From Heterodontus francisci (lineage: Eukaryota), in NCBI RefSeq assembly GCF_036365525.1, contig NC_090399.1, positions 49,446,430 through 49,510,429 on the forward strand: a stretch of DNA of 64,000 bases, read 5' to 3'. Position numbers and translations under genes: made by a program. Below are positions 12,954 to 26,014 of the stretch, piece by piece. Below the pieces are notes generated by a model, which ran no database searches, was not told the origin of the DNA, and saw only the letters and a program-made list of their open reading frames with translations. Within the stretch, counting starts at the first letter, position 1; each line of letters begins with the position of its first letter.

Positions 12954-14892
12954 TAGCTTAAAAGTATGCAGAGACAGAGGGAATGGGTGACCAGCAGTCA
13001 AAAACAAACGAGCCGGTAGTACCAGAGACCCCTCACTGCATCTCTCTTTCCAACCAGTATTCAGTTCTAAGTAGGGCTGAAAGTGATGCATCCTCTGGGG
13101 AGTGCAGCCAGATCCCAGTCCGTAGCATAACGACTGGCTCAGCTGCACGGGCGAGGGGGCTGGGTGGCAAAGAAGACTGGAAGAGCACTAATGATAGAAG
13201 ATTCGATAGTTAATGTAGACAAGCGTTTCTGCAGCCACAGACGTGAATCCAGGATAGTGCATTGCGTCCCTGGTGCCAGGGTCAAGAATGTCACTGAACG
13301 ATTATAGAGCACCTTGACGGAGGAGAGTGAGCAGCCAGCAGTTGTGGTCCACATTGGTACGAATGATATAAATAGAAAGATAGATGTGATCCTGCAGTCA
13401 GAGTTTATGGAGCTAGAGAGGAAATTAGCAAGCAGGACCTCAAAAGTAGTAATCTCTGGATTACTGGTATTTTTAATTAGGGAGACTTTTGCCGTGCTGG
13501 AGAGGATGTCTGGGGGTTTGGGGGAGAGGGGTAAGGAGAGAACCTATTTGTCTAGAGCTAAGGAACAAAAAAGGAGCATTTATATTGTTTGGTGTAGTCA
13601 ATTGGCCACCAACTGTTGGGAAAGATGCAGATGAACAGATTTGCAAGGAAATTACAGGGAGGTACAAGAATTATACCGTAGGTATAATGGGGGACTTAAA
13701 TCATCTGAATATAGATCGGAATTGTAGTAGCGTAAAGAACAGAGTGGTGCAAGAGTTCTGAGAATGTGTTACCATAAACTTTCAACAACAGTATGTTACC
13801 ACTCCAAAACGATAGGAGGCACTCCTAGACCTGGTGCTTGGGAATGAGGTGGGCTAAGTGGTTCAAATGCCAGGAGGGGAACATTTAATGACAGTGATCA
13901 TTGTATCATACGGTTTAGGTTGGCTATGGAAAAGGACAAAGAAAAATCAGACGATGGAATTTTAACTGAGGGAATGCCAACTCGAATGATGTCATAATGG
14001 GTCTGACTCAGATAAAGGTTGGCAGGCCAAACGGTACTAGCTGCCTTCAAAGAATAGATATTTCGGGCACAGACTAAGTAGAGTGGATACAGAGCAGTAA
14101 AAAAAATCCAGAGCTCCCTGAATGATAAAAGAGATGGAAATTAAGATGAAGAAAAAGTGTGCGTATGACAAATATCAGTTGGATCATACAACTGAGAACC
14201 AAGGTGAATACAGAAGGTTCAGGGTGGAAGTGAAAATTCAACGGAGAGAAGCAAAGGCAGAGTATGTAAAGAGATTGGCAGCTAACATAAAAGGGAATCC
14301 AAAAGTCTTCTGCAGGGATATTAATAATAAAAAGTTGGTAAAAGGACATGTGAGGCCGAATCGGGACCAAAAAGGCGATCTATGCATGGAGGCAAGGAAC
14401 TTGGCTGAGGTAATAAATGAATACTTATCATCAGTCTATTCCAAGGAAGAGGATGCTGTGCAGGTCATTGTGAAGGCGGAAGTAATTCAGACACTTGAAG
14501 GATTTAAAATTGATAAGGAGAAGGTTTTGGATAAACTATCTACTTGAAGTTGATAAGCCAGCGGGACCAGATGAGATGCATCCAAGGATACTGAAGGAAG
14601 TGAAATTGGAACTTGCGAAGGCAATGGTCATAATTCTCCATTCCTGCTTAATCTCGGGGGCGGGGGTGGAGGGGAGGTGGCCCGAGGACTGGAGAATTGC
14701 AACAGTTACACCCTTGTTCAAAAAACTGTGTAAAGTTAAGTCCAAAACCGGCAGGCCACTCAGTTTAACCTTGACGGTAGGGAAACTTCTAGAAATGATA
14801 ATTTGGGACAAAATTAATAATCAGTTGGGTAAATGTGGGAAAGTGGGTTAATTAAGAAAAACCAGCACTGATTTGTCAAGGGAAAATCGTGT

Positions 14893-15292
14893 TTTCTTTC
14901 TATTCTTTCATGTGTTGTGGGTGTCGCTGGCAAGACCAGCATTTGTTGTCCATCCCGAATTGCTCTTGACATCTGAATGGCTTGCTTGGTTATTTCACAG
15001 TGCAGTTAAGAGTCAACCACATTTCTCTAAGTCAGGAGTCACATGAAGGCCAGACCAGGTAAGGACGGCAGATTTCTTGCCCTAAAGAATATTAGTGAAC
15101 GAAATGGGTTGTTACGACAATTTGTGATAGTTTCATCGCACCCTTGTTGAGACTAGTTTTCTATCCAGATTATTTATTAATTATAACTGAATTTAAATTC
15201 CACAAGCTTCGGTGGGAGTCCCTCGAGTACAAATCTAGGTCGCTGGATCAATAGTTCAGTGACATTACTACGAAGCCGCCATTGTCTTCATC
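14893..15292 (-). mobile_element. tRNA-derived SINE (same family as 1692-2100) inserted in the old CR1
   Basis: Reverse complement aligns along its length with 1692-2100. Host CR1 motif GKSC|LTN is split around it. Confidence 0.8.
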
Positions 15293-17300
15293 TCCACGTT
15301 TAACTAATGTCATGGAGTTTTTTGATGATGTAAGAGAGAGGTTTAATGAGGGTAATGCTGATAATGTGGTGCACATGGATTTCCAAAAGGAATTTGATAA
15401 AGTGCCGCACAACAGAATTGTGAGCAAAGATTTAGCTCATGGCCAGTAGCAATATGGATACAAAATCGTCTGAGTAACAGGAAACAGAGAATTGTGGTTA
15501 ATGGATATTTACTCAGACTGACAGAAAATTTGTAATGGAGTTCCTCTGCGGCTGATGTTAGGACCCTTGCTCTTCATGATATATTAAAAGCCTAGACCTT
15601 GGTGTAAAGGGCTCAATTTCAAAATTTACAGATGATACGAAAATTGGAAGCATTATGAACTGTGAGGAGGATAGTGTAGAATTTCGAAAGGACATAGACA
15701 GGTTGGTGCATTGGGTGGACAAATGGCAGATGAAATTTAGTGCAGAGAAGTGCAAAGTGATTCATTTGGTAGGCAGAACGCGGAGAGGTAATATAAAAAT
15801 GTGCAATTATAAAAGGAATGCAGGAGCAAAGGGACCTGGGTGTTCACGTGCATAAGTCATTGAAGGTGGCAGAACAGGTCGAGTGTGTTTAATAAAGCAT
15901 ACTGTATCCTGGGCTTTATTTATAGGGGCATAGAGTAAAAAGCAAGGCAGTTCTGTTAATCGTGGTCAAAACACTGCTGAGAATTTTTTTTTTGCTTTTC
16001 CTCACTGGCTGCCTGAAAACAGAATGGTGGGATCTTGGTTTAATGTCTCACCAGGAGGATGGCCCTATTCCTCATGCAGCATTCGTTCAGATCCACCAGG
16101 GCGTTAGTTTTGGGCACCTCGCAAATAGATTCCTTGACACACAAGGCATTTTTGTACAATTCTACGGACAGGCATTTTGTTTTCATACAAGGTATCAATA
16201 TTACATATGAATAGAAATAGGTGGATGTGGTGTGTGGGGAAGTTTCAATTATTTTGGAGTGGGAAAATACCTGATTGGACACTAAGATTTCCAAAATTAC
16301 TTTTAACCCAGTTCGAGAACAACGCGCACCATCCCATACCTGAAGGCATCAGATATATGTTTTGAATGAAATAGGTGGGAGTGTTTACTATGGAGCAACT
16401 CATTCCAATGCTCCTTTGATGTTATTGAGTTGGGGATACCTTTTGAACAGAAAATGAGGAAAACTAATTTGTATTTGAATGCTTCCGAATAGACTTTAAC
16501 GTGACCGAAACAGAAAGATGATTCCTGGGTCAATGTGTCGCTCCATCAATTGCAACATCTTTTCATGATAATTTCGATGTTTGTGCATTTATTTTGTTAG
16601 AAATGTTCATATATTCTGACCAGCTTTCATCTGAATTTATGACAAGTAATTCCGACCTGGCTAACTCTCACACTGAGGCATTGGGAAAAATGTCCCCTTA
16701 TAATTGTTTGTCAACCCGACTATTCTGCATTCGTGATAATAGTTCCAGCTGCAAAAGAGCTTTTTATGCAAACTGATCGTTTGAAAAAAGACACGAATGA
16801 AACGGGTTTGGTGATGCAATGTGCAGCCATAAATTAAAGACGTGCGAGTTAAAGGGTCCAAGCCTTGGATGACCTTTGACTTCGTGTGAAAGGGAAATGG
16901 AAGAATGTGATGGAGTTATTTGGACGGGTCTTCGAGTTTAAAAAAAATATTTCCTGAGTTCCTCGCACTTGTAGATGTATATGGGGCGGGGTGAGGAGCA
17001 GGGGGAACTGTTTGAGCAGACGATTCGTACTTGAAGAAAGCCAGGGGTTATCGTAGCATTCCAGGGTGATCCTGGACTAGTGATCAGATTTCACACGGCT
17101 TCATTGTGCTTGATAAGGGATTCATGCGTTATCTGTTCCAACCACATTTGCTGCTGAATGGCTAAACTGGTTTTGCATTTGGTATGTTTAAATCTGATCC
17201 CCTTCTCCTTCTCTGAACGAAGACGCTGGGCATACCAAGGGATATGATGAAGACAGGAAAGAGAAAGTTTTCAACTAGGGACAAGAACATCAAAGGTGAT
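15020..17300. repeat. Segmental duplicate of about 20185-24550 (SINE + CR1 RT + GPCR downstream flank + L2), with an internal deletion near 16830
   Basis: 15021-16830 is colinear with 20182-22020, and 16860-17290 is colinear with 24120-24550. Confidence 0.85.
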
Positions 17301-18110
17301 GATGTCATTGTGACTCAGCAAAGCGGTATCACAGAAGCATGGCAGCGAATAAAGGAGCAAAGTCAAGACATTGGGCGGTTTGTAAGTATTGTTTTGAGTG
17401 ATTTGCGGGAACGCAGAAGGGAGTGGGGTGGAAAGAGGAAGGAGAATGGGAGTGTTGAGAGATACAAAGCAGTTATCAGAGGTAGTCTTCCTGTTATTTG
17501 GATAATAGGAATTAAAAGCTAGGTGAGATAGAAAATTAGAGGGGGTGGCCATGAACATGGGAAGGAGCGTTCAGAGGCAGAGGTGAAGGAACCAAGCAAT
17601 GCAGTGAATTCAGAGGGAGAGGGTGTGGTCAATTGAATTGAATTGGAGGCTGAAATCAATAAGGCTGCTGATTCACTCAGTGCTGATGCTGAAGGAGGAA
17701 GTTCATGAGGATATCAACATATAGCATTGGGCTTCTGTGCGCGTTAAAGAGTATTTAAGAAGATGGTGGTGGAACAAGCTGAGTTGGTGAAAGGTGAAGA
17801 TGGTGCCAGATGACTACGGGGACAGATCAAATTGAAATTAACTGAAAAGTGCAACATCGCCCACCGCAGATGGGGCTGCACAGTTGTTGGAAGGTGAAAA
17901 CAGGCAGGAAAGCTACAGTGAGAGCGAATATATCATCAACTATGTGTCAAATTCGCATAAAGACCATGATATCAATGCAGTCATCCTCAATAAGTTCAAG
18001 GGTAACAAGGAGTTTCTTGTAAGTGATTGGACATTCTGGAGGGGAGAAGTAATGTTAGTTGATCAACTGACAGTGTCCAGAGGGTATCCACTGCGTGGGA
18101 TGAGAGGATG
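16850..18110 (-). mobile_element. L2 LINE remnant (paralog of about 24110-24550 and 45000-45850)
   Basis: Colinear similarity to the L2-bearing segments of the other repeat units. Confidence 0.55.
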
Positions 18111-20183
18111 CGTTGCCACCTTCAGGGAACAGTGGACCTGAACACCCAAATCTCTCTGGACATCAATTTTCCCCAGGACATTTCCATTTACTGTATAGTT
18201 CACTCTTGAATTGGATCTTCCAAAATGCATCACCTCGCATTTGCCCTGATTGAACTCCATCTGCCATTTCTCTGCCCAACTCTCCAATCTATCTATATTC
18301 TGCTGTATTCTCTGACAGTCCCCTTCACTATCTGCTACTCCACCAATCTTAGTGTCGTCTGCAAACTTGCTAATCAGTCCACCTATACTTTCCTCCAAAT
18401 CATTAATGTATATCACAAACAACAGTGGTCCCAGCACGGATCCCTGTAGAACACCACTGGTCACACGTCTCCATTTTGAGAAACTCCCTTCTACTGCTAC
18501 TCTCTGTCTCCTGTTGCCCAGCCTGTTCTTTATCCATCTAGCTAGTACACCTTGGACCCATGCGCCTTCACTTTCTCCATCAGCCTGCCATGGGGAACCT
18601 TATCAAACGCCTTACTGAAGTCCATGTATATGACATCTACAGCCCTTCCCTCATCAATCAACTTTGTCACTTCCTCAAAGAATTCTATTAAGTTGGTAAG
18701 ACATGACCTTCCCTGCACAAAACCATGTTGCCTATCACTGATAAGCCCATTTTCTTCCAAATGGGAATAGATCCTTTCCCTCAGTATCTTCTCCAGCAGC
18801 TTCCCTACCACTGACGTCAGGCTCACCGGTCTATAATTACCTGGATTATCCCTGCTACCCTTCTTAAACAAGGGGACAACATTAGCAATTCTCCAGTCCT
18901 CCGGGACTTCACCCGTGTTTAAGGATGCTGCAAAGATATCTGTTAAGGCCCCAGCTATTTCCTCTCTCGCTTCCCTCAGTAACCTGGGATAGATCCCATC
19001 CGGACCTGGGGACTTGTCCACCTTAATTCCCTTTAGAATACCCAACACTTCCTCCCTCCTTATGCCGACTTGACCTCGTGTAATCAAACATCTGTTCCTA
19101 ACCTCAACATCCGTCATGTCCTTCTCCTCGGTGAATACCGATGCAAAGTACTCGTTTAGAATCTCACCCATTTTCTCTGAGTCCAAGCATAACATTCCTC
19201 CTTTGTCCTTTAGTGGGCCAATCCTTTCTCCAGTTACCCTCTTTCTCCTTATATATGAATAAAAGGCTTTGGGATTTTCTTTAACCCTGTTTGCTAAATA
19301 TATTTCATGACCCCTTTTAGCCCTCTTAATTCCTCGTTTCAGATTGGTCCTACATTCCCGATATTCTTTCAAAGCTTCGTCTTTCATCAGCCACCTAGAC
19401 CTTATGTATGCTTCCTTTTTCCTCTTAGCTAGTCTCACAATTTCACCTGTCATCCATGGTTCCCTAATCTTGCCATTTCTATCCCTCATTTTCACAGGAA
19501 CATGTCTCTCCTGCACGTTAATCAACCTCTCTTTAAAAGCCTCCCACATATCACATGTGGATTTACCTTCAAACAGCTGCTCCCAATCTACATTCCCCAG
19601 CTCCTGCCGAATTTTGGTATAGTTGGCCTTCCCCCAATTTAGCACTCTTCCTTTCGGACCACTCTCGTCTTTGTCCATGAGTATTTTAAAGCTTACGGAA
19701 TTGTGATCACTATTCCCAAAGTAGTCCCCTACTGAAACTTCAAACACCTGGCCGGGCTCATTCCCCAACACCAGGTCCAGTATGGCCCCTTCCCGAGTTG
19801 GACTATTTACATACTGCTGTAGAAAACCCTCCTGGATGCTCCTTACAAATTCTGCTCCATCTAGACCTCTAACACTAAGTGAATCCCAGTCAATGTTAGG
19901 AAAATTAAAATCTCCTATCACCACCACCCTGTTGCTCCTACATCTTTCCATAATCTGTTTGCATATTTGTACCTCTATCTCACGCTCACTGTTGGGAGGC
20001 CTGTAGTACAGCCCCAACATTGTTACCGCACCCTTCCTATTTCTGAGTTCTGTCCATATTGCCTCACTGCTCGAGTCCTCCATAGTGCCCTCCTTCAGCA
20101 CAGCTGTGATATCCTCTTTGACCAGCAATGCAACTCCTCCACCCCTTTTACCTCCCTCTCTATCCCGCCTGAAGCATCGATAT
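18111..20183 (-). mobile_element. Young CR1 LINE ORF2 fragment (endonuclease to RT), truncated at both ends
   Basis: About 545 uninterrupted codons with YYRPPN, IGDFN, SDHN, SPGPDGIYPRLLRE and DFSKAFDKVPH. One frameshift near 18558, then FADDTKIGG in ORF 18063-18464. Confidence 0.95.
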
Positions 20184-21150
20184 TTCTGTAAGTCTGGAGT
20201 CACATGAAGGCCAGGCCAGATCCGGACGGCAGATTTCTTGCCCTGAAGAACATTAGTGAACCAGATGGGCTTTGACAAGAATTGATGATAGTTTCACAGC
20301 ACCATTGCTGAGATTAGTTTACAATTCCATATTTTTATTAATTAATTGAACTTAAATTCCACCAGCTTCCATGGTGGCAATTGAACCCATGTCCCGAGAG
20401 TATAAACCTGGCCGCTGTATTACTCGTTCAATTACATTATTGCGATGCACCCATTGTCTCCATCTCCACGTTTAACTAAGCTGATGGAGTTTTCTTGATG
20501 AGGTAACAGAGAGGGTTAATGAGGGTAATGCTGATGATGTGGCGCACATGGATTTCGAAAAGGAATTTGATAAAGTGCCACTCAACAGAATTGTGAGCAA
20601 AGTTATAGCTCATGGAGAGGAGCAACATGGATACAAAATCGGCTGAGTAACCGGAGGCAGATAATTGTGGTTAAAGGATGTTTCCTCAGGCTGGCAAAAA
20701 GTTTGTAACGGAGTTCCCCAGGGATTGATGTTCGGACCATTGCTCTTCCTGATATATTAAGAATATAGACCTTTGCTGTATAGAGTTCAATTTCAAAATT
20801 TGCAGACGATGCGAAAGTTGGATGCATTATGAACTGTGAGGAGGACAGTGTAGAACTTCAAAAGGACATAAACTGGTTGGTGCAATGGGTGGACAAATGG
20901 AAGATGAAACTTAGTGCAGAGAAGTGCAAAGTGATTCGTTTTGGTAGGAAGAACTCGGAGAGATATTATAAAAAGGTATAATTATAAAGGGGATGCAGGA
21001 GCACAGGGACCTGGTTGTTCACGTGCATAAGTCATTGAAGGTGACAGAATAGGCTGAGAGTGGTTAATAAAGCATACTGTATCCTGGGCTTTATTTACTG
21101 GGGCATAGAATACAAAAGTAAGGCAATTATGTTAAACGTGGTCAAACACT
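20184..21150. mobile_element. Duplicate of the SINE 5' half (minus strand, 20184-20465) and old CR1 RT (plus strand, 20466-21150)
   Basis: Colinear with 15021-15975. Confidence 0.8.
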
Positions 21151-22639
21151 GGTAAAAAAAAAATGTCTTGCTTTTCCTCACTGGCTCCCTGAAAACAGAA
21201 TGGTGGGATCTTGGTTTAATGTCTCACCGGGAGGATGACCCTATTCCTCATGCAGCATTTATTCAGATCCACCAGTGCGTTAGTTTTGGGCACCTCGCAA
21301 GTAGTTGCCTCGACACACAATCCATATATACAAGGCATTTTTGTACAATTCGAGGGACAGGCATTTTGCTTTCACGCAAGGTATCAATATTACATACCAA
21401 AAGAAATGGGCGGATCTGGTGTGTGGGGAAGTTTCAATTATTTTGGAGTGGGTAATACCTGATTGCACACTGATATTTCCAAAATAACTTTTAACCCAAT
21501 TCGAGAACAATGCGGAATCCCATATCTTAACGCATCAGTTATATGTTTTGAATGAAATGGGTGGGAGTGTTTACTATGGAGCAACTCATCCCAATGCTCC
21601 TTTGGTGTTTTTGATTTAGGGATACCTTTTGACCAGGAAATGCTGAAAACTAATTTCTATTTGAATGCGTCCGTATGGATATTAATGTGACTGAAACAGA
21701 AAGATGATTCCTGGGTCAATGTGTCGCTCCATCAATTGCAACATCTCTTCATGGTAATGTCGATGTTCGTGTACATTTATTTTGTTCGATATTTTCATAT
21801 ATTCTGACCAGCTTTCATCTGAATTTATGACCAGCAATCCCGCCTTGGCTAACTCTCACGCTGAGGCATTGGGAAAAAATGTCCCTTCCATACTTGTTTG
21901 TCAACCCGACTATTCTGCATTCGTGATAATAGTTCCAGCTGCAACAGATCATTTTATGCAAACTGATCGTTTGAAAAAGGACACGAATGAAACGGGCTTG
22001 GTGACGCAATTTGCGCACATATTTCAAATTTCTTTCAAACAATCTAATGTAAAACTACTTCAGCAGCCGTCGCCAACTAAAGGTAGAATTAAACTATCGA
22101 AATACACTAAAACTTTGGCGTATTTTTTTGGAGCACTGTATATTCCATTCAGAGGAAATATTTTAAAAATGAGATATTTGACACACATCCGATTATTTTA
22201 GTTATCTTATATACTAACTTCGTCTAATTGTATTTCCATGATTGAGCCCATCCCCATCAAATCTTCCTTTTCAAACAACGCAATTTCAATTGAATTATGC
22301 ACTGTTATTTTTCCAATATCCAATACCATTTACAAAAATTTACTAAGCACACATTTTCCTGCAAAATATATCATTTTTTTCTCCTGATTTTAAAACTGCC
22401 AGTTTGAATACGGACATAAGAATAAATAAACCATTTTTAATCTCATTGATCTTTCTTTCAGACTTTCAAAATCCGTAAATGACCTTGTGGTAAGTTACAC
22501 TCTCTATCATGGTTTGCATAATCAGGTTGTATATCACTGATCAAGTTTCAAGACCGTTCCACAAAGTCATCCATAATCTGCAGATTCTCTCTCTTCCCTT
22601 GTCGTAACGTCCAGAAAGTTGTAAATTCCTTTCCGTCAT

Positions 22640-24550
22640 CAATCATAACAAGGGAAAGCACCGCAAGGCACTTCTCAAGAGCGTAATTAAACAAAAAAAT
22701 CACTCTGACCCAAAGGACAAGATATTAAAATAGAGGACGAAAAGCCTCAGCCAAAGAGGTCGATTTTAAGAATTACCTTAAATGGGGGGAGGTCAGGTGG
22801 AGAGCTTTACGGCGAAAATTCCACAGCTCAGGGCCTCAATGGCTGCCTCCAATGTTGGAACGAATTAAGTGGAGGGCTAAAGGGAAAAGGTCAACCAAAG
22901 GCCGGACCTCGAGGAATGCAGAGTTCTCACATGGTTATGGCACTGAAGGGGGTTACAATAATAGCGAAAGGAAAAGCAATTGAAAGATTTCATGAGTAAG
23001 ATTAAAATCGAGGCACTGGTTGACTGGGATGATAGTCATGCTCAGGAATGATAGTTGAACGAGACTTAGTGCGGGTCAAGATACTGCAACCAAAGTTTTG
23101 AGTTAGCTCAACGTTACGGAAGGTGGATGATGGGAATGCAGCTGGGAATGTAAAAGTATTTAGGAGGATTCAAACACTTCAGACCGGCAATGTTACAGCA
23201 GCGGATATAGTTGGTCTTTGTGGTGGACGTGATTTGAAGTTGGAGGTTCAACTCAGTTTCACATAGAACGCCATGGTTGCGAGCAATCTGGTTCGGCCTG
23301 AGACAATGGCCAAGGTGATCGAACCGGTTGGTAGCGAGCAGAGTCTTTGGCAGGGTCACAGCTATTTGCTTCAGTCTTCCAATGAATAAATGGAGAAAAA
23401 GAAGGCTCATTCAGGATTTAATATTTAACAAACAATCTGACAATACATAGACAATGCGGCGGTGGAAATACATTGGGGTGAGGCAGGGCTAGGTGTCATC
23501 AGCGGAAATAGAGAAACTCGCGTCTGATAATGTCACTTAGGGTCAGGTTGTAGATGTGAAGCAGAAAGGGGGTCAGGATAGTTCCTTGGGGGCTCCAGAG
23601 CTGAGGGCGTACAGGAGGGATGAGAACTCATTGCAGGAGATTCTCTGGGCATAACTCGGTAAAGGAGAGTTTAACCGGCCGTCAGCTGCCTCACTCAGTT
23701 CGACAATGAAGAAAGGTTGTTATAGGAGAATAGCATAGTTATCCCTATCATAATCAGCAGACAGGTCGAGAAGGAAGATGTGAGGTGGTACATTACGGTC
23801 ACAGCCACATAGGTTGTCCTTTATGACCAGGTAACCTGATTGGAGAGGTTCAAACAGGGAGTTGTGCATACTTTGGAGCAGACAGGGTGATAAAGAACGT
23901 TGAAGAGGAAACAGAGGTTGGAGATGGAGAAGCAGCTTGATCGTACAGCGATGTTAAGGTCGGAATTTCTGAGCAGGGGGTGATGACAGCAGGTTTGAAG
24001 GGAAGGAACAAAGTATCAGAGTAGATTCAAGTATTCGCAATAGCAGAGATCACATGACGGTGGCAGAAATGTTTGGAAGAGAGAAAACTAAAAATGCAAG
24101 TTGAAGGCTAGGGAAAGGGTTAGGACCTTGAAGGACCTTTGACTTGATGTGAAGGTGAAATTGAAGAATGCGATGGAGGCTGTTGAACACTTCTTCGGGT
24201 CAAAAACTTTCCTGAACTCCTTGCGTTTGTGGGAGATGCAAATGGTGGAGATAGAATTGGGGTGGGGGGCCTCTTTAACCAGACAATTGGCACTCAAATA
24301 AAAATATTGGGGTTATCTTTGCATTCAAGGATGTTACTGGATTACTTAGCGTATTTCACAAAGGGGACCATTGTGCTTGATCAAAAACTGATGCTTCATG
24401 GGTTCCTGCCATATGCGGTGCTGAATGGCTAAACCAGTTTTGAACCATATATGTTTAAATCTGAGCCCGTTCAACTTCAGGAACAAAGATGATGGACATA
24501 CCAAAGGCAACAATGAAGTGGAAAAGAGTAGGCTTTCAATGTGGGACAAG
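22640..24550 (-). mobile_element. L2 LINE remnant (RT and 3' end)
   Basis: Minus-strand translation near 23500-23600 gives GAPQGTILTPFLLHIY...SDIIR and a SADDT motif (cf. GVPQGSILGP...YADD). The 3' end resembles the short L2 3' fragment at 52705-52960. Confidence 0.75.
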
Positions 24551-24554
24551 ACTT

Positions 24555-24742
24555 GCCAAAGACTTGCAGGTTGATAGGTAAATTGGCCATTATAAATTGC
24601 CCCTAGTATAGGTAGGTGGTAGGGGAATTGAGGGAAGGTGGAGATGTGAGAGGGTAATGGGATTAATGTAGGATTAGTATAAATGGGTGGTTGATGTTTG
24701 GCACAGACTCGGTGGGCCGAAGGGCCTATTTCAGCGCTGTAT
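24555..24742 (+). mobile_element. 5'-truncated HE1/V-SINE-type element (tail resumes at about 25987)
   Basis: Matches the 3' half of 30615-30938 (GCCAAAGACTTGCAGG...GGGCCGAAGGGCCTATTTCAGCGCTGTAT|CTCTAA). Confidence 0.8.
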
Positions 24743-25986
24743 ACAAAGAACAAAGATAATTACAGCACAGGAACAGGCCCTTCGGCCCTCCAAGCCTGCG
24801 CCGATCCAGATCCTCTCTCTAAACATGTCGCCTATTTTCTAAGGTTCTGTATCTCTTTTCTTCCTACCCATTCATGTATCTGTCTAGATACATCTTAAAA
24901 GACGCCATCGTGCCCGCATCTACCACCTCCGCTGGCAACGCGTTCCAGGCACCCACCACCCTCTGCGTAAAGAACTTTCCACGCATATCCCCCCTAAACT
25001 TTTCCCCTTTCACTTTGAACTCGTGTCCTCTAGTAATTGAATCCCCCACTCTGGGAAAAAGCCTCTTGCTATCCACCCTGTCTATACCTCTCATGATTTT
25101 GTACACCTCAATCAGGTCCCCCCTCAACCTCCGTCTTTCTAATGAAAATAATCCTAATCTACTCAACCTCTCTTCATAGCTAGCGCCCTCCACACCAGGC
25201 AACATCCTGGTGAACCTCCTCTGCACCCTCTCCAAAGCATCCACATCCTTTTGGTAATGTGGCGACCAGAACTGTACGCAGTATTCCAAATGTGGCCGAA
25301 CCAAAGTCCTATACAACTGTAACATGACCTGCCAACTCTTGTACTCAATACCCCGTCCGATGAAGGAAAGCATGCCGTATGCCTTCTTGACCACTCTATT
25401 TACCTGCGTTGCCACCTTCAGGGAACAGTGGATCTGAACACCCAAATCTCTCTGGACATCAATTTTCCCCAGGACTTTTCCATTTACTGTATAGTTCACT
25501 CTTGAATTCGATCTTCCAAAATGCATCACCTCACATTTGCCCTGATTGAACTCCATCTGCCATTTCTCTGCCCAACTCTCCAATCTATCTATATTCTGCT
25601 GTATTCTCTGACAGTCCCCTTCACTATCTGCTACTCCACTAATCTTAGTGTCGTCTGCAAACTTGCTAATCAGTCCACCGATACTTTCCTCCAAATCATT
25701 AATGTATATCACAAACAACAGTGGTCCCAGCACGGATCCCTGTGGAACACCACTGGTCACACGTCTCCATTTTGAGAAACTCCCTTCTACTGCTACTCTC
25801 TGTCTCCTGTTGCCCAGCCAGTTCTTTATCCATCTAGCTAGTACACCTTGGACCCCATGCGCCTTCACTTTCTCTTTCAGCCTGCCATGGGGAACCTTAT
25901 CAAACGCCTTACTGAAGTCCATGTATATGACATCGACAGCCCTTCCCTCATCAATCACATCGACAGCCCTTCTCTCATCAATCAAT
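24743..25986 (-). mobile_element. Young 5'-truncated CR1 LINE (RT C-terminus + 3' UTR) inserted in the HE1 tail
   Basis: Uninterrupted 373-codon ORF 24864-25985 (GVPQGSVLGPLLF, FADDTKISG, LVRPHLEYCVQFWSP) and CR1 3' hairpin. Nearly identical to 18111-18660 over the overlap. Confidence 0.95.
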
Positions 25987-26014
25987 CTCTAATTTTTTTT
26001 AAATAGAGCATCAA

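Larger units (their letters stand above)
9060..15965 (+). mobile_element. Old CR1 LINE interrupted by a younger CR1 (9291-12953) and a SINE (14893-15292); 3' end missing
   Basis: ORF1 zinc-finger region at 9070-9290 resumes at about 12955 (VVVHIGTND at 13340). ORF2 remnants include IMGDLNH, GPDEMHPRILKE and FTDDTKIG. The element ends abruptly in late RT. Confidence 0.85.

Noticed and set aside
18542-20278. 578-aa ORF as a host gene or domesticated RT
   Set aside because: It is CR1 ORF2. The first ~32 residues are fortuitous read-through from the SINE it inserted into, and the RT is frameshifted and truncated.
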